The notes under the pieces: generated by a model
The model's database searches: none
What the model was told of the DNA's origin: nothing
Seen by the model: the letters and a program-made list of their open reading frames with translations, nothing else
Shown: piece after piece, positions 31,491 through 42,168 of the stretch
How positions within the stretch are numbered: the first letter of the stretch is position 1
Layout of the letters: each line of letters starts with the position of its first letter
Program-made: the position numbers and the translations under genes
Assembly (NCBI GenBank): GCA_973895155.1
Contig: OZ316891.1
Span: 6,853,708 to 6,917,707 of the forward strand
Source of the DNA: Marsupella aquatica
Taxonomy: Eukaryota > Plantae > Marchantiophyta
DNA length: 64,000 nt
Reading direction: 5' to 3'

Positions 31491-31912
31491 TGGCCGCGCG
31501 CCCTGCATAGGGCCGCGCGTAGGAGGACGCAAGGGTAAGGCCCGAGAAATGGGCCGGGGCGCATGGCGAAGGCGCCAGGAGTTTTTTCGGTTCTATTTTT
31601 TTTTCCTTCCTTTTTCTTTCCCTCTTCCTTTTGCACGACCCTCTCATTGCCGAAAGCAAAAACGGGGTTCTTCTCTCTCTTGCCGGAAGCTCTCTCCAGA
31701 TTCTAATTATTTTTGAAGCTCTCTCTTTCATGGTGGATTAGTGGGGCTTGCTGGCGTCATTCTTCCAGGCATTAGTGGCGGCCGCACGGAGTAGTGACGG
31801 GAAATTGAGAGAATTTAAGTGATCGGGCTACGGGGGCTGTTTCGGGCCAGGGAATTGACATTGCCACGGGTGACGGGATTGGTGATTGAGAAATTGATTT
31901 CGGGATGCATGG

Positions 31913-33769
31913 ATGCTAGATCAACCAGAGTTTAGTGCGTCACGCATTCGGAGATACAAGGCTGCTTACCGTGACTACGTGGAGACTCGGATTACACGGG
32001 AAAGGGAAGAGAGAGAAGTTATGATGAGCACGGGATTGGCAGCGGGTTCCTCACCGGTGGGTAGGAAGATTTTTCGTCGAATTTATCCCAAGACCTCCAC
32101 CAAGGTGATGGAGGATTGTCGGAACATTTTCCAAGCCACCGGGCTTACAGAATTCATGAAGGTGGAGATTACCATCCCTTCAGGGAAGAGCTGGGACATT
32201 GAGGCCGGGATGGAGTTCCGAACGGAGGGAATCTACTTTGAATGTCTCAAACGTGTAGTGCCCCATGTGGAGTTGGCTAAGCTATTGTTTCTTGAGAATC
32301 AGAAATTCTCATTCACACCTCGGAATATCAGGGGAGAACTCACGTTGAAAATGGTGGCCACTTGGGTGACCAATCCTACCTCCACCACCGCCATCCCTCT
32401 TTCTGCTGTCAAGGATGTTGAGTATAAGGGCTTCCTGGCCAAGGTGCATCAACGGGTTCTTGGCAACGTGCAATCCGGAGTGCTGAATGAGGAGCATTTC
32501 GTGGTAGCTATGGACATCAAGAACTACCCAGCCCATGTGTACGGATGGTGGTGCTACGGATTGAAGAAGCTATTGGCCGCTGAGCCCGGGAGTGTGAAAC
32601 CAGGTGGGGCTGTACATTTGATGGGGTCATTTGTATTGGCCAGGGCAGAAGGGTTGATTGGTTCTCCGGGGCATGAAGACACGGGATCATCTCTCACCAC
32701 GGAGATCCGGAGTATTGCCACTACCGTTTTAGGGAAGCTCACGGAGGAATCATTGTCTGCTGGTGGGGAGGATAATAGAGAAGAAGAGAACCAGGAGGAT
32801 GATTGCACATTGGAGTGGCTTGAATCACTCGTGGGAGATCCGAAACAGCCTCTGGAATACAACATTCCGGATGTTTACTTGGCAGAGCTACGGGATTTCA
32901 GAGAGGGAGTCCACGAGGGACTCAAGCTAGTCCACGCATTGAGGGAGTCTCTCAAGCACGCCACAGTCAAAGTAGAGACGTTAGAGCAGAGCATCCTGTC
33001 ACTGAAGGAGGTGATCAAGACCAAGGAGCAGACCATTCATGAGAAGGTCAGGCACATCAATGCAGCTCACGTAGAGATCACCAACTTGAAGGGAGCTTTG
33101 TCCACCAAGGCCAAGGAAGCAGAAGAAGTAGGAGCGTTGAGGCAAGCATTGGCCAAAGAGAAGCAAAATTCTGGAGAAGTGATGGAGTGGAGGAACCAGG
33201 TGGGAGCACTACGGAGTCAGGTGGCAGCCTTTGAGACACGAGCGAAGAGAAGTGAGGCCCTGAGTCTAGGGAAACGGAAGAGTCCCGGCACACCTGGCTC
33301 CACACTTTCCCCGGATGTGATCTCCCAAGCTATCGAGATGGTGGTGAAGGAGGTTAGTGGGAAGTATGGACCCTTGTTGGATGGAGCCAAGAAGAGTCAG
33401 GAGAAGAGTAAGAGCTTGGAGAAGAAGCTCCGGGAGGTACGGAAATCGTTACGGGAGGCTCAGGTCAGTACGGGGATGCCACCCAGGTCTGTCACCCCCG
33501 GGACTCCCATGGCCACGGGGCAAGTTCTACCGTTGGAGTTGCGGTCCGGAGAAGAGGCTACCCTCTGGAAGGACACAATTGGTGAGGGGTACATCAAGGC
33601 GTGGCAGGCCTTGGCTGCTTTGAGGAAGCGCGGGAGCAGCAGCACTAAGAGTACTCCGTCGAAGAAGAAGAAAAGTACGGTGGCACTCACTCCCGTGAGT
33701 GATGAGGAGGAGGACCACTCACGGGGCACAAGTCCGGGCACCGAGAGCGAAGAAGAAGAGGAGGATTAG
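31913..33769 (+). CDS. 618-aa intronless TE-borne protein of unknown function (globular N-terminal half, long predicted coiled coil, basic patches, acidic tail)
   Basis: Uninterrupted 1857-bp ORF; heptad-like E/K/L/A-rich stretch at about aa 325-520; KRK and KKKK patches; C-terminal ESEEEEED; pyrimidine-rich leader at 31580-31730. Confidence 0.8.
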   Translation: MLDQPEFSASRIRRYKAAYRDYVETRITREREEREVMMSTGLAAGSSPVGRKIFRRIYPKTSTKVMEDCRNIFQATGLTEFMKVEITIPSGKSWDIEAGMEFRTEGIYFECLKRVVPHVELAKLLFLENQKFSFTPRNIRGELTLKMVATWVTNPTSTTAIPLSAVKDVEYKGFLAKVHQRVLGNVQSGVLNEEHFVVAMDIKNYPAHVYGWWCYGLKKLLAAEPGSVKPGGAVHLMGSFVLARAEGLIGSPGHEDTGSSLTTEIRSIATTVLGKLTEESLSAGGEDNREEENQEDDCTLEWLESLVGDPKQPLEYNIPDVYLAELRDFREGVHEGLKLVHALRESLKHATVKVETLEQSILSLKEVIKTKEQTIHEKVRHINAAHVEITNLKGALSTKAKEAEEVGALRQALAKEKQNSGEVMEWRNQVGALRSQVAAFETRAKRSEALSLGKRKSPGTPGSTLSPDVISQAIEMVVKEVSGKYGPLLDGAKKSQEKSKSLEKKLREVRKSLREAQVSTGMPPRSVTPGTPMATGQVLPLELRSGEEATLWKDTIGEGYIKAWQALAALRKRGSSSTKSTPSKKKKSTVALTPVSDEEEDHSRGTSPGTESEEEEED

Positions 33770-35261
33770 ATAGGCGTACGGACGTGGGTGTACGGCCTCC
33801 AGATTTCCAACATTTTAGTGGGGGGTCACTCATGGGCTTGTTGGGATGAGCTCGCGGAGCTGATTCCAACAAGAGGCGGCGCTCCTCAAACGGAGCCAGG
33901 ATGAGCAAGTTATGGCCTGGAGAACTTATGTTTTTGCGGTACGGAAACGGCCATAACTCAGGCGTCTGAAGTCCGTTGAGGGAGCGACTTAGTGATTCGG
34001 AAGCAGGAAAAGAAGAGCTATCCAGGGGTGAGCTCAGGTGTGCACTTGGAAGGGCACCTAGTTTCGGCCATTTTGGGGTGCCTCTCACTTTCAGGGTTCA
34101 CGTGTACTGTTGGGGCGCCGTCGAAGGCACCGTCGGCCCCCTTGTTTTGGGTTTAGGGTTTTAGCAGCATGTGTGTGCCGCATGCTCCTCTTCAGTTTAA
34201 GGATTTCTCTTAGTGCAAGGTTTTAGCGGCGCCGCTAGGGTAGCCGCCACCGTTGTGACCCTGTGAGGGGTGCTTTGGTGTGATTTTTCAGTATTTAGGG
34301 GGATAGCCCCGAAGTAGTTAGGGGGACTCAGTGTGAAGTTAGCAAGGAGGGATAGAGTGGAGCCTGAGGAGTTTGAAAGCGTGTTCAGAGTAGTGAGGGG
34401 GAGCCATACTCATTGTCCGGAGAGGCAGGAGTTGAGTAGACGGCAGGAGGCCGGGTTACTCATGCAATGTGTATCGTTTTTCCCAAGAGATATGGATCTG
34501 TACATTTGACTTGATGGGCTTTTGTTGTGTGTTCCTTCTCCCTTTTTCGCTTTCCGAATTGTGTTCTCCCGTTCTATGATTTGAAGAAACTTGCTTGGTT
34601 TGAGTCGGCCTTGTGAGTAGGGGTGGTGACAGCACTCTTTGGGTGACTCCGAGTGAAGGTGTAGTGGGGTAGTCGGCAGGACTTGATCAAAAGCTGTGGG
34701 GTGAGGGTAGTCGGTAGACTTGATCAAAACCTACATTTCCGGGAGCGGAAACCAAAATACTCATCCTGGTGTGAAAAGAATCCAAATAGCGTCCCTCCAC
34801 GACCCCGTAATACGATACCAACGGTTTAAGCGAAGAAAAGTGCGGTTTGCACGTATTAACCGTTGGAGAGGCAAGTGACAGAGGGAAAACATCTGCAATC
34901 ATGAGGTAAATTCCCATTGGGGATTCTTGGAGAATACTTCAACGTCAGCTTGTAGACAAAAGAAAGGAGAAGAAGAGTAGTCTGGATTGCATTTTTGACG
35001 TATGTTTATTATGGTCAAATGATTTGATAAGACAATTGGGTTTAATATTGACCAACAAATTGTATCATATATGAATTATTATAGTCTCCCCATTTGATCA
35101 AGAAAGAGAAATTTACACACTGAAAGTTTGCACGAGTCTGAGTCCTTATAATTGGCTCGATCTAGATCTACATTAAATCTCTTCAGTATTGATCTGTGAC
35201 GACTTGAAGCTTTTTGTAGGAGTGTTGGGAGTGTTGTTTTTTGTCTCTTTGTCTCCAAATT

Positions 35262-35788
35262 GGCTCTCTTGAAGAATGGGAGCACAGAGTCATTCTTAGA
35301 GACATGAAATCATCATTACTGTCTGCATTGTTGTTGTCATGTCTTTGGAACCAACGGTCCTCGTCATCAAACTCGTTTTCTACAGGCAGTCAATGTAAGC
35401 TTAATGTTGAATCGGATGTTAGGTTCTTCTACTGTGAACGCTACGTATTTGGATTGTGAGCTCTATCTCCTTTGGGTGATTTTGGACAACATTTGGGATT
35501 TGCTGCCGGTTCGCAAGGTTGTCTGACCACGACACCGCACCACCTAGTACAGTAGTTCTGGCAGGGACCCGAGGATATATGGCTCCAGAGCTTTTTTACA
35601 CTCTGAATGCCACAGAGAAAATTGATGTGTATAGCTTCGGAACAATGGTGCTCGAGGTGGCCACGGGTAAGAAATCTGTACTATGTGCAACAGATAGGGC
35701 TGGAACGGATCACATTTTACTTGTAGATTGGGTGTGGGATCTTTATGGGAATGACACATTGTTGGACGCATCCGATTGCCAACTACGT
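35262..35788 (+). pseudogene. Receptor-like kinase (L-type lectin RLK-like) kinase-domain fragment
   Basis: EEWEHRVILRDMKSS (degenerate HRD), LGDFG at ~35472, and LAGTRGYMAPE...DVYSFG...LEVATGK...LVDWVWDLY. Interrupted by indels and truncated at a repeat. Confidence 0.85.
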
Positions 35789-35789
35789 A

Positions 35790-36258
35790 AAGCCTTTCAT
35801 GACTTTTCTCTTTGTATATTTGAGTGCATTAATTCTCCATAATGCACCCTTTTTTTGAGGAGGGGATTATACAAAACACCATAAATATAGTAAAAGTAAA
35901 AATTAAATATAGTTTTATCATATACAAAAAAAATTAAATCTAGTCAAGATCTCAAGATGATAACCAAATCTTATATGGTGATACAAACAAAATATCTATG
36001 AATAGAATCTAATAACTCAAGAACGCATATTTTTGGCCAATTCCATAGCAATCACTTCTTGGATGACCTTTTAATCTGAATTTTCTATTTCAAGGATTTA
36101 CTTTTTCTTGTTTGTTATCGAAAAGTCACTCAAGTTTTTACGTACATTAATGTCCTAGTTATGGGCATTATGGAAATAATGCCCTCAAAACTCGGGCTAC
36201 TGCCCTTGTTTTTCAGGGCATTATATCTTACAATGCCCTCTAACCAGGACATTATCCT
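35790..36258 (+). repeat. Dispersed AT-rich repeat, copy 2
   Basis: Matches 23334-23757. Confidence 0.9.
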
Positions 36259-36604
36259 ATTCAAAATCTTGAGCAAGTTTGAGCATGAACATGAGCCATG
36301 GTTGGCTCCCATTCAAGTCTTCAACTCAATTAATCATGCAGCTATAGTCAATTATTTCAACCATGGACCAAAAAACTCCTGACAAGTTGAGCCATGATCA
36401 GCTTCTCATTGAAGCCTAGAGCTCATTGAGAAAGAAGGAAAAGCAATGTGCCCACACCAAAGGCATGGGTTATTTGCTAGTTATTGAGTTGCCAGCTGGA
36501 ATTGAGGGATATGATTGCAAATGGGATACAAAATATGAGTTTCAAAAATTGTTTTGAAATCAAAGTGTTAACTCTGGGACCACATTAGAATCTATTGTCA
36601 GTGA

Positions 36605-36790
36605 AAGAATCCCTACCACCTGTACTTTCCCTATTCAAAGACCGTGATAGCCATATTAAGTTCGTTTGTAGAATAATCCCTCCCACCTGTACTTTCCCTA
36701 TCTAAAGACCATGATAGCCATATTAAGATCTTTTGTAGAATAATCCCTCCCACCTGTACTTCCTTTGTTCAAACACCACTATAGTTGTTT
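36605..36790 (+). repeat. Tandem repeat, ~67 bp x3
   Basis: AATCCCT(A/C)CCACCTGTACTT occurs three times. Confidence 0.85.
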
Positions 36791-37220
36791 TTTTTAATGA
36801 TATTTATCTGAACCAACAAAACTAGTACATGTGCAATGGACAATTTCTTGGGGACTATTGACATGGGGATGGGACCAAGGGCTATCCTGCATGTAGGCAG
36901 CCCTCAAAATTTTGGCCCATAGACTCCCTAACTGCCCAGTAAAAGTTGAATTTGTCCCTGAGCAGTGTGTAGGGTGAACAAGTCTTTTAGCTTCCCTTTT
37001 TAGTTGAGTGTCTTCTTGTCTTATTCACATTTTAGAGGTTGAGGCCTCAGGGGTCAGAAAGTTCCGGGCTTTGCCCTTAGTTCTCCACAACAAATGTTGT
37101 GAGGCCTGCCTCACGAGAAGGTATCTCACATGAAGCTCCCTATAAATTACATGGTGCCACTTGCTAAGTTGAGGGCTGCGTATATGTTGGAGAGATCTAA
37201 GAGTTGTCTCATGTGGTCTC

Positions 37221-39217
37221 AGCCTTAAACCGCCACTGTCCATTGCAAAAACCCACCAGGTTTTTTCATTTAGGGTACATTCCAGCTCCGAGCGTTCCCG
37301 ACTGTTTTTGGCCGGTTGCACTTTTTGGCCCGGTCAGTTGTACACCTGTCCCAGTGTCCCTACTCATTTTGCGGAGCGCACGACTGTGGAGCCGAGTTGA
37401 GCAACTCCTTGTTGAGGAGCCTAGTTGAGAAGCGAGTGTCCATAGCCGAGTCCTCCCATGCTATGCAAGTTTTCAGAAGCACAATTCCAACAAGTCTACT
37501 CTGCCCATGCTGCGCAAGTCGGAGCGTCTATCAATTCTCCTTCTCCAATATTGGGTCAGGTTTGCAAAGCAGCATGTAGAAAGCTTCTGGTATATTAGAC
37601 CTATCTATATACTAGCCTAACCCTAGACCAGTCATGCATAGTAAGTGGAAAATTATACGTCAAACAAAAAATGACGCATGGAAATTTTCAAAGAATTAAA
37701 AGATGTATGAAAAGTTTTTCCCAACCAAAATTGAGCAAAAAAAATTGTGAAAATTTTGCAAAGTCTAACCGTAGTTAAGTACCATAGGTTACACAAATTC
37801 TTGTATGCAATTAAATGCAAATATCTATTTTTGTGTTGTTATCAAATAGATGCCATGTATGTCTTGAGAATATTCATGAAGAGGAGTGTTGGTACAAGTG
37901 TTTCCCTGGGACTTGTCAGTGGTTGCGGTTAACGAAGTGCAATAAATTTGGGTGTCTTTATGACAATTTATGGATAGCACAAGTCTCAATTTTTGTTGGA
38001 AAAATATATTAGAAAAGACTATGAATGGTGGATGAGGTTTACTGATAGGTTTATTATCAATAGACTTTTTCATCTCTTCTGCACACAACGAAATAAGTCC
38101 TTAGCAAAAGACTCCTTCCCAATGGAGTCCGCAAGCGCTTATAATTAGGCTCTATGAATGGATCGTAATTCTTTTCATGCATTGGAATCCTCGATCCACT
38201 GATTGATCATGGATTGTTTTAATATCTCAATTTCTATAAAACTGTTTTGGTAATGAACGGATCACCTATCTTTCAGAAATTAATTTCTCAGCATCTTGGT
38301 CCTCTAACATCAGTTGCGCCATCGTCGCGAGGTAAAGGTATGGACCAAGGATTGTAGGATCGGACCACTGCAGTCCAATAGAAAAGTTGAGCCAGCAAGT
38401 GAGTGTAGCAAAATAATTATCGGGCTTGATTTGCAAAATGGGACCAAATCTATCCTGGGCTCAGAGGCTGAGTGTCAGATGCTTGTCAACAAGTGTGTCG
38501 GTGACCTTCATTTCCACCCCTTGGCTACACAAGCTCAACACTTGCCCATGACCTATTACTTCTTCTGTAGAATGGAATGAAACAAAGATGCTTCATACTA
38601 GAAGGAGAATGATGGTAACACCAAGAGCTATACTCAAAGTAGGGTGAAAGTCTCTACACGTAATTTGGTGATGTATAGTAAAGGTAATGTAGGAAGAAGG
38701 GTTTTGATTTGTGCAATTTGAGTAAGAGAGGATAGACGCAGTGTCCCTGGATGTCGCAATGTTCACCTTCCATGGCCATGGCTCATGGAGCTCCGTCTGG
38801 TTCTGGCAAGCCTTAGCGGGGCCGCGGGGGTCTCACTATATGGATGCCTCCCCATCCCCTGCGACATTTTTAGGCCTCGGACCCCCTAAAATGTAAGAAT
38901 TTTTTTTTAATTTTTCAACCCCTATAAGAATATTCCAAAAATTTGGTTAGAAAAACCCTAATGTTCTTATAAGACTCAAAATTGAATTTAAAAGACCCTA
39001 TTGTTTTTTTGCAAAAATTCTTAAGTCTTCCCTTAAAACCAATAAAATGACCCTATCCTTCATTGCACGTGATGCACCATTTTTGTGGAAGTGAAACCCC
39101 GAGAGCAGGGCAGGCGGAGCGTGGGGCCACAAAGCTACAATGGGCAGCAAGTGAGACAATGAACTGACCGCAACTTGGCGTTTCTCCTATTTATATGGAC
39201 AATGGCGGTTTAAGGCT
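37221..39217. mobile_element. Old TIR DNA-transposon derivative containing a nested MITE
   Basis: 23-bp inverted repeat AGCCTTAAACCGCCA(C/T)TGTCCAT at 37221-37243 and 39195-39217; no convincing TSD. Confidence 0.6.
38823..39103 (+). mobile_element. MITE family B, copy 1 (~280 bp)
   Basis: TIRs CGCGGGGGTCTCACT / AGTGAAACCCCGAG; TSD AGCGGGGC/AGCAGGGC; homologous to 55086-55371 and 55558-55844. Confidence 0.88.
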
Positions 39218-39744
39218 TTTGGCCCTAAAACTGGGTTGTGGCAACTTATTTGTAGAGGAGAGCCAGAGCAATTAGAGGTGAGGACATTTAGTCTCTCTGC
39301 ACCATTTTCATAGATACTCACCTTGCCCTTAACCCCTGTTTTCCACTTGCACCCCAAATTTCACCCCAAAGTCACAATTGCACGAGAGATTTTGCACTAG
39401 ACCGTAGGCCCTGAAGAGTAGCTTTCCATCACAATTATATAGTTAGATGTGAGGTCCTTGAATTACAGGTGTGCTTACATGGCCTTCAGGCAAGAACACC
39501 CTATTCATCACATGCTAAGAATTTCCTGCCTGGCGGACATGGGGGTGTCAAACGGTAAATTTGGCCTGTAAATTAAAGGCTGGTCTACATGCAAGACAAC
39601 CATGATGTTGGGCAAACTCTGGACTTAGGCAGGAAACTCTCCATGTATAATATGATGCAGGGCATTAAGTTTAAGCCTACAAATTAAAGGGCCGGTTATA
39701 TCCAAAACTCATCTGTGGAGCCAACTCTTGCCTTGTCTAGATGT

Positions 39745-40415
39745 GCCCACAATGGTACCATTTGACCCAAAGTCCATGTGTCATCTCTACTTCTAGAGCC
39801 GCTAAACTAAGGACAACCCCTTTAAGCCCCACCCTGCCACGACTCGGAACATGGCCAAATTGGAGGCATGATTTGGCAAGGTGCGCACCACTTTGGGATG
39901 AAGTCACTGCCTGCTTTAACTCTGCCCTTGTCTGCCCTTGTCCAGTTGACCCAAGAGTCCATGTTTCATCTCTATATCTAGAGGCACTAACTAAGGGTAG
40001 AGCATTTATGCCTCGCCCTCTCACAAGTCAGGATGTGGCCAAACTGGAGGCATGGTTTTGGCAAGGTGGGCACCACTTTGGACCGAAGTCACTACCTGCT
40101 GCCCTTGTATGCCCTTGTCCATTTGACCCAAGAGTCCATGTGTCATCTCTATATCTAGAGGCACTAAACTAAGGGCGGTCCCTTTATGCCTCACCCTGTC
40201 ACAACTCGGAATGTGGCCAAATTGGAGGCGTGGTTGGCGAGGTGTGCACCACTTTGGGACCGAGTCACTGCCAACCGTAACTCTGCCCTTGTCCATTTGA
40301 CCCAAGAGTCCATATCTAGAGGCGATAAAGTGGCACTAAACTAAGGGCAGTCCCTTTATTCCCCACCCTGCCAAACTGGAGGGGTGGGCACCACTTTTGG
40401 GACCGAGTCACTGCC
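39745..40415 (+). repeat. Tandem repeat, ~175-185-bp unit x4, just upstream of the ATG2 leader
   Basis: CA(T/G)TTGACCCAA..GTCCAT at ~39758, 39943, 40120 and 40294. Confidence 0.9.
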
Positions 40416-42168
40416 GTGTCCACAGATGACACCTTCCTTCCATGTGGAGTACAAAGCTCGTCTCCGTGTCGTGGCGTTCTTTCCTCTCTCTCTCTCTCTT
40501 TCTCTCGCTCGTCCTCCTCCTCCTATGCAGGAAAGGCGCAGGGGGGCGATTGGGCATGGTGTCGTGTGTTCTCCCTTCAATGGCGCGTTGGAATTGCAAT
40601 TGAGAAAGTATTTTTTTTACCTTTCCGACGTCGGGCTTTTGACGTCAAAGCCCGAATCGTGTGATCCACGAGTGACGCTGAACAGAATGATGGCCCGGGC
40701 CGACACACTCATGAAACGTACTGGCTGAATCGCGCCGATGTGGACGCAAGGGAATGAATGGAGGAGTGAGTGAATCAGTGAATGAATTTCTGTGTTTGGA
40801 AAATGAATTTTGTTCGGCAGCTTAGCTTGGAGAGAGGTTTTAATTGAGGGAGGAAACTGAAAAGTGCAGAATTAGTAGGGACTGTAGTGTTCTAGTGTGA
40901 TGGATGGATGTCTCTCTGCCGTGGAGGTGGGGTGTCACGACAGCGTGACTGCGGCTTGGCTTGTCTGCTTCCGTGTACGTGAATATGATAATTGCCTTCG
41001 TCTGTTCGCCTGCGGTGCGCGGACCGGGGAGATCTCCTTTTCTGCTCTCTGTTTTGGAAGCCCTTTTGTTTCGGTTTCGATCAACTTTTCTCGTATCTCT
41101 TCTGCCTGTCTTGGCGTCAAGTTGGAGTGCGGTGCTTGCGATGCTAGCAACGTATGCCTAAGGTCTAGACCACGTGGTCTAGACCTAGAGCTAGCCCTAG
41201 GTCACCCTAGCTTTTCTGTTGTGCTCGGTTGTGGAGATTTTATATGGTCATCACCCGTCATCCCTCCATTATTTTGTTACTTCTCTTCCCGTCAGTGGCT
41301 AGACGTAGTGCCGTAGGAGAGTAGGCCTACTTGCTTACTTCGACCTTTCCTTTGTCTTCCTTTGGTTATTATCGTGCACCGAGGCAATTAGGATCCCGAA
41401 TACATAAGCGGCGTTGCCGTTTGTGTTAGTGAATGTTGTTGTTTATCGTCGGAAGATATAGATAGAGACACAAGAGGGATAAGAGAATCTTGTGAGTGGT
41501 TGGTGTCGTCGCTGATCGGCAATTCATATCGGGGCTAACGAACTTTTTGAAATTGCAGTCCCTCTGGTGTTTAAAAGACGACGATGACGTTCTGTTCCTT
41601 CGGCGTCTGAGCTCGTTTACCTTACCGAGACAGTATAACATCAATTAGTACTCCTATTTTCGCCATGATTCTACAATTCTGTCTCGCGACCAATGATGAT
41701 GATGGGACGGTGCCTCGTGCAGAGGCGGAGACTTGGATCCGAATTGCGTAAATTCTTGGGATAGATTTTCTTTCGTTGTAATCTTTGCCGAAGCACTGGT
41801 GAGTGCATCACGAGTGAGAGTTTCTTCAAGCAGCCTGAGTGCCTGATTGACTGACTGACCTCTTCTCCCTTTCGCCGCTGGAAGTTCGCGCGTCTGTTCG
41901 TAGCTCTTGGGAAAGGCAGGGGTGGCCTCCCCAATCCAAAAAGAGAAAGAAGAATGAGAGGCGACGAAACAATCGGGGTGAGGGTGGAAGCAGTTACACG
42001 TTACTTTAGCGTCATTCTAATCAACAAACGGTATCACTTTTGGGGGAGGAAAACGAGGTGGATTCAACAACACCATCAGCAGCACACAACGACTGGGCAG
42101 CAAGCGTTGCTCCTGAATCCGCGGGGGATGAGCGTTCGTTAAAGTAATTTCCTAACAGTACGGGAAAA

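Larger units (their letters stand above)
30805..34880. mobile_element. 4076-bp solo-LTR-like element containing a long ORF
   Basis: Ends are TGTGAC...GTGACA with 5-bp TSD GAGGG (30800-30804, 34881-34885). The GC-rich interior contrasts with AT-richer flanks. No terminal direct repeats or RT/IN motifs were seen. Confidence 0.75.

Noticed and set aside
34149-34165. Telomeric repeat remnant GGGTTTAGGGTTTTAG
   Set aside because: Only about two units; consistent with a common telo-box motif rather than an interstitial telomere.
30805-34631. Alternative right end of the LTR-like element at GGTGACA (34631)
   Set aside because: Not followed by the GAGGG TSD or a TGG primer-binding site; the end at 34880 has the TSD.
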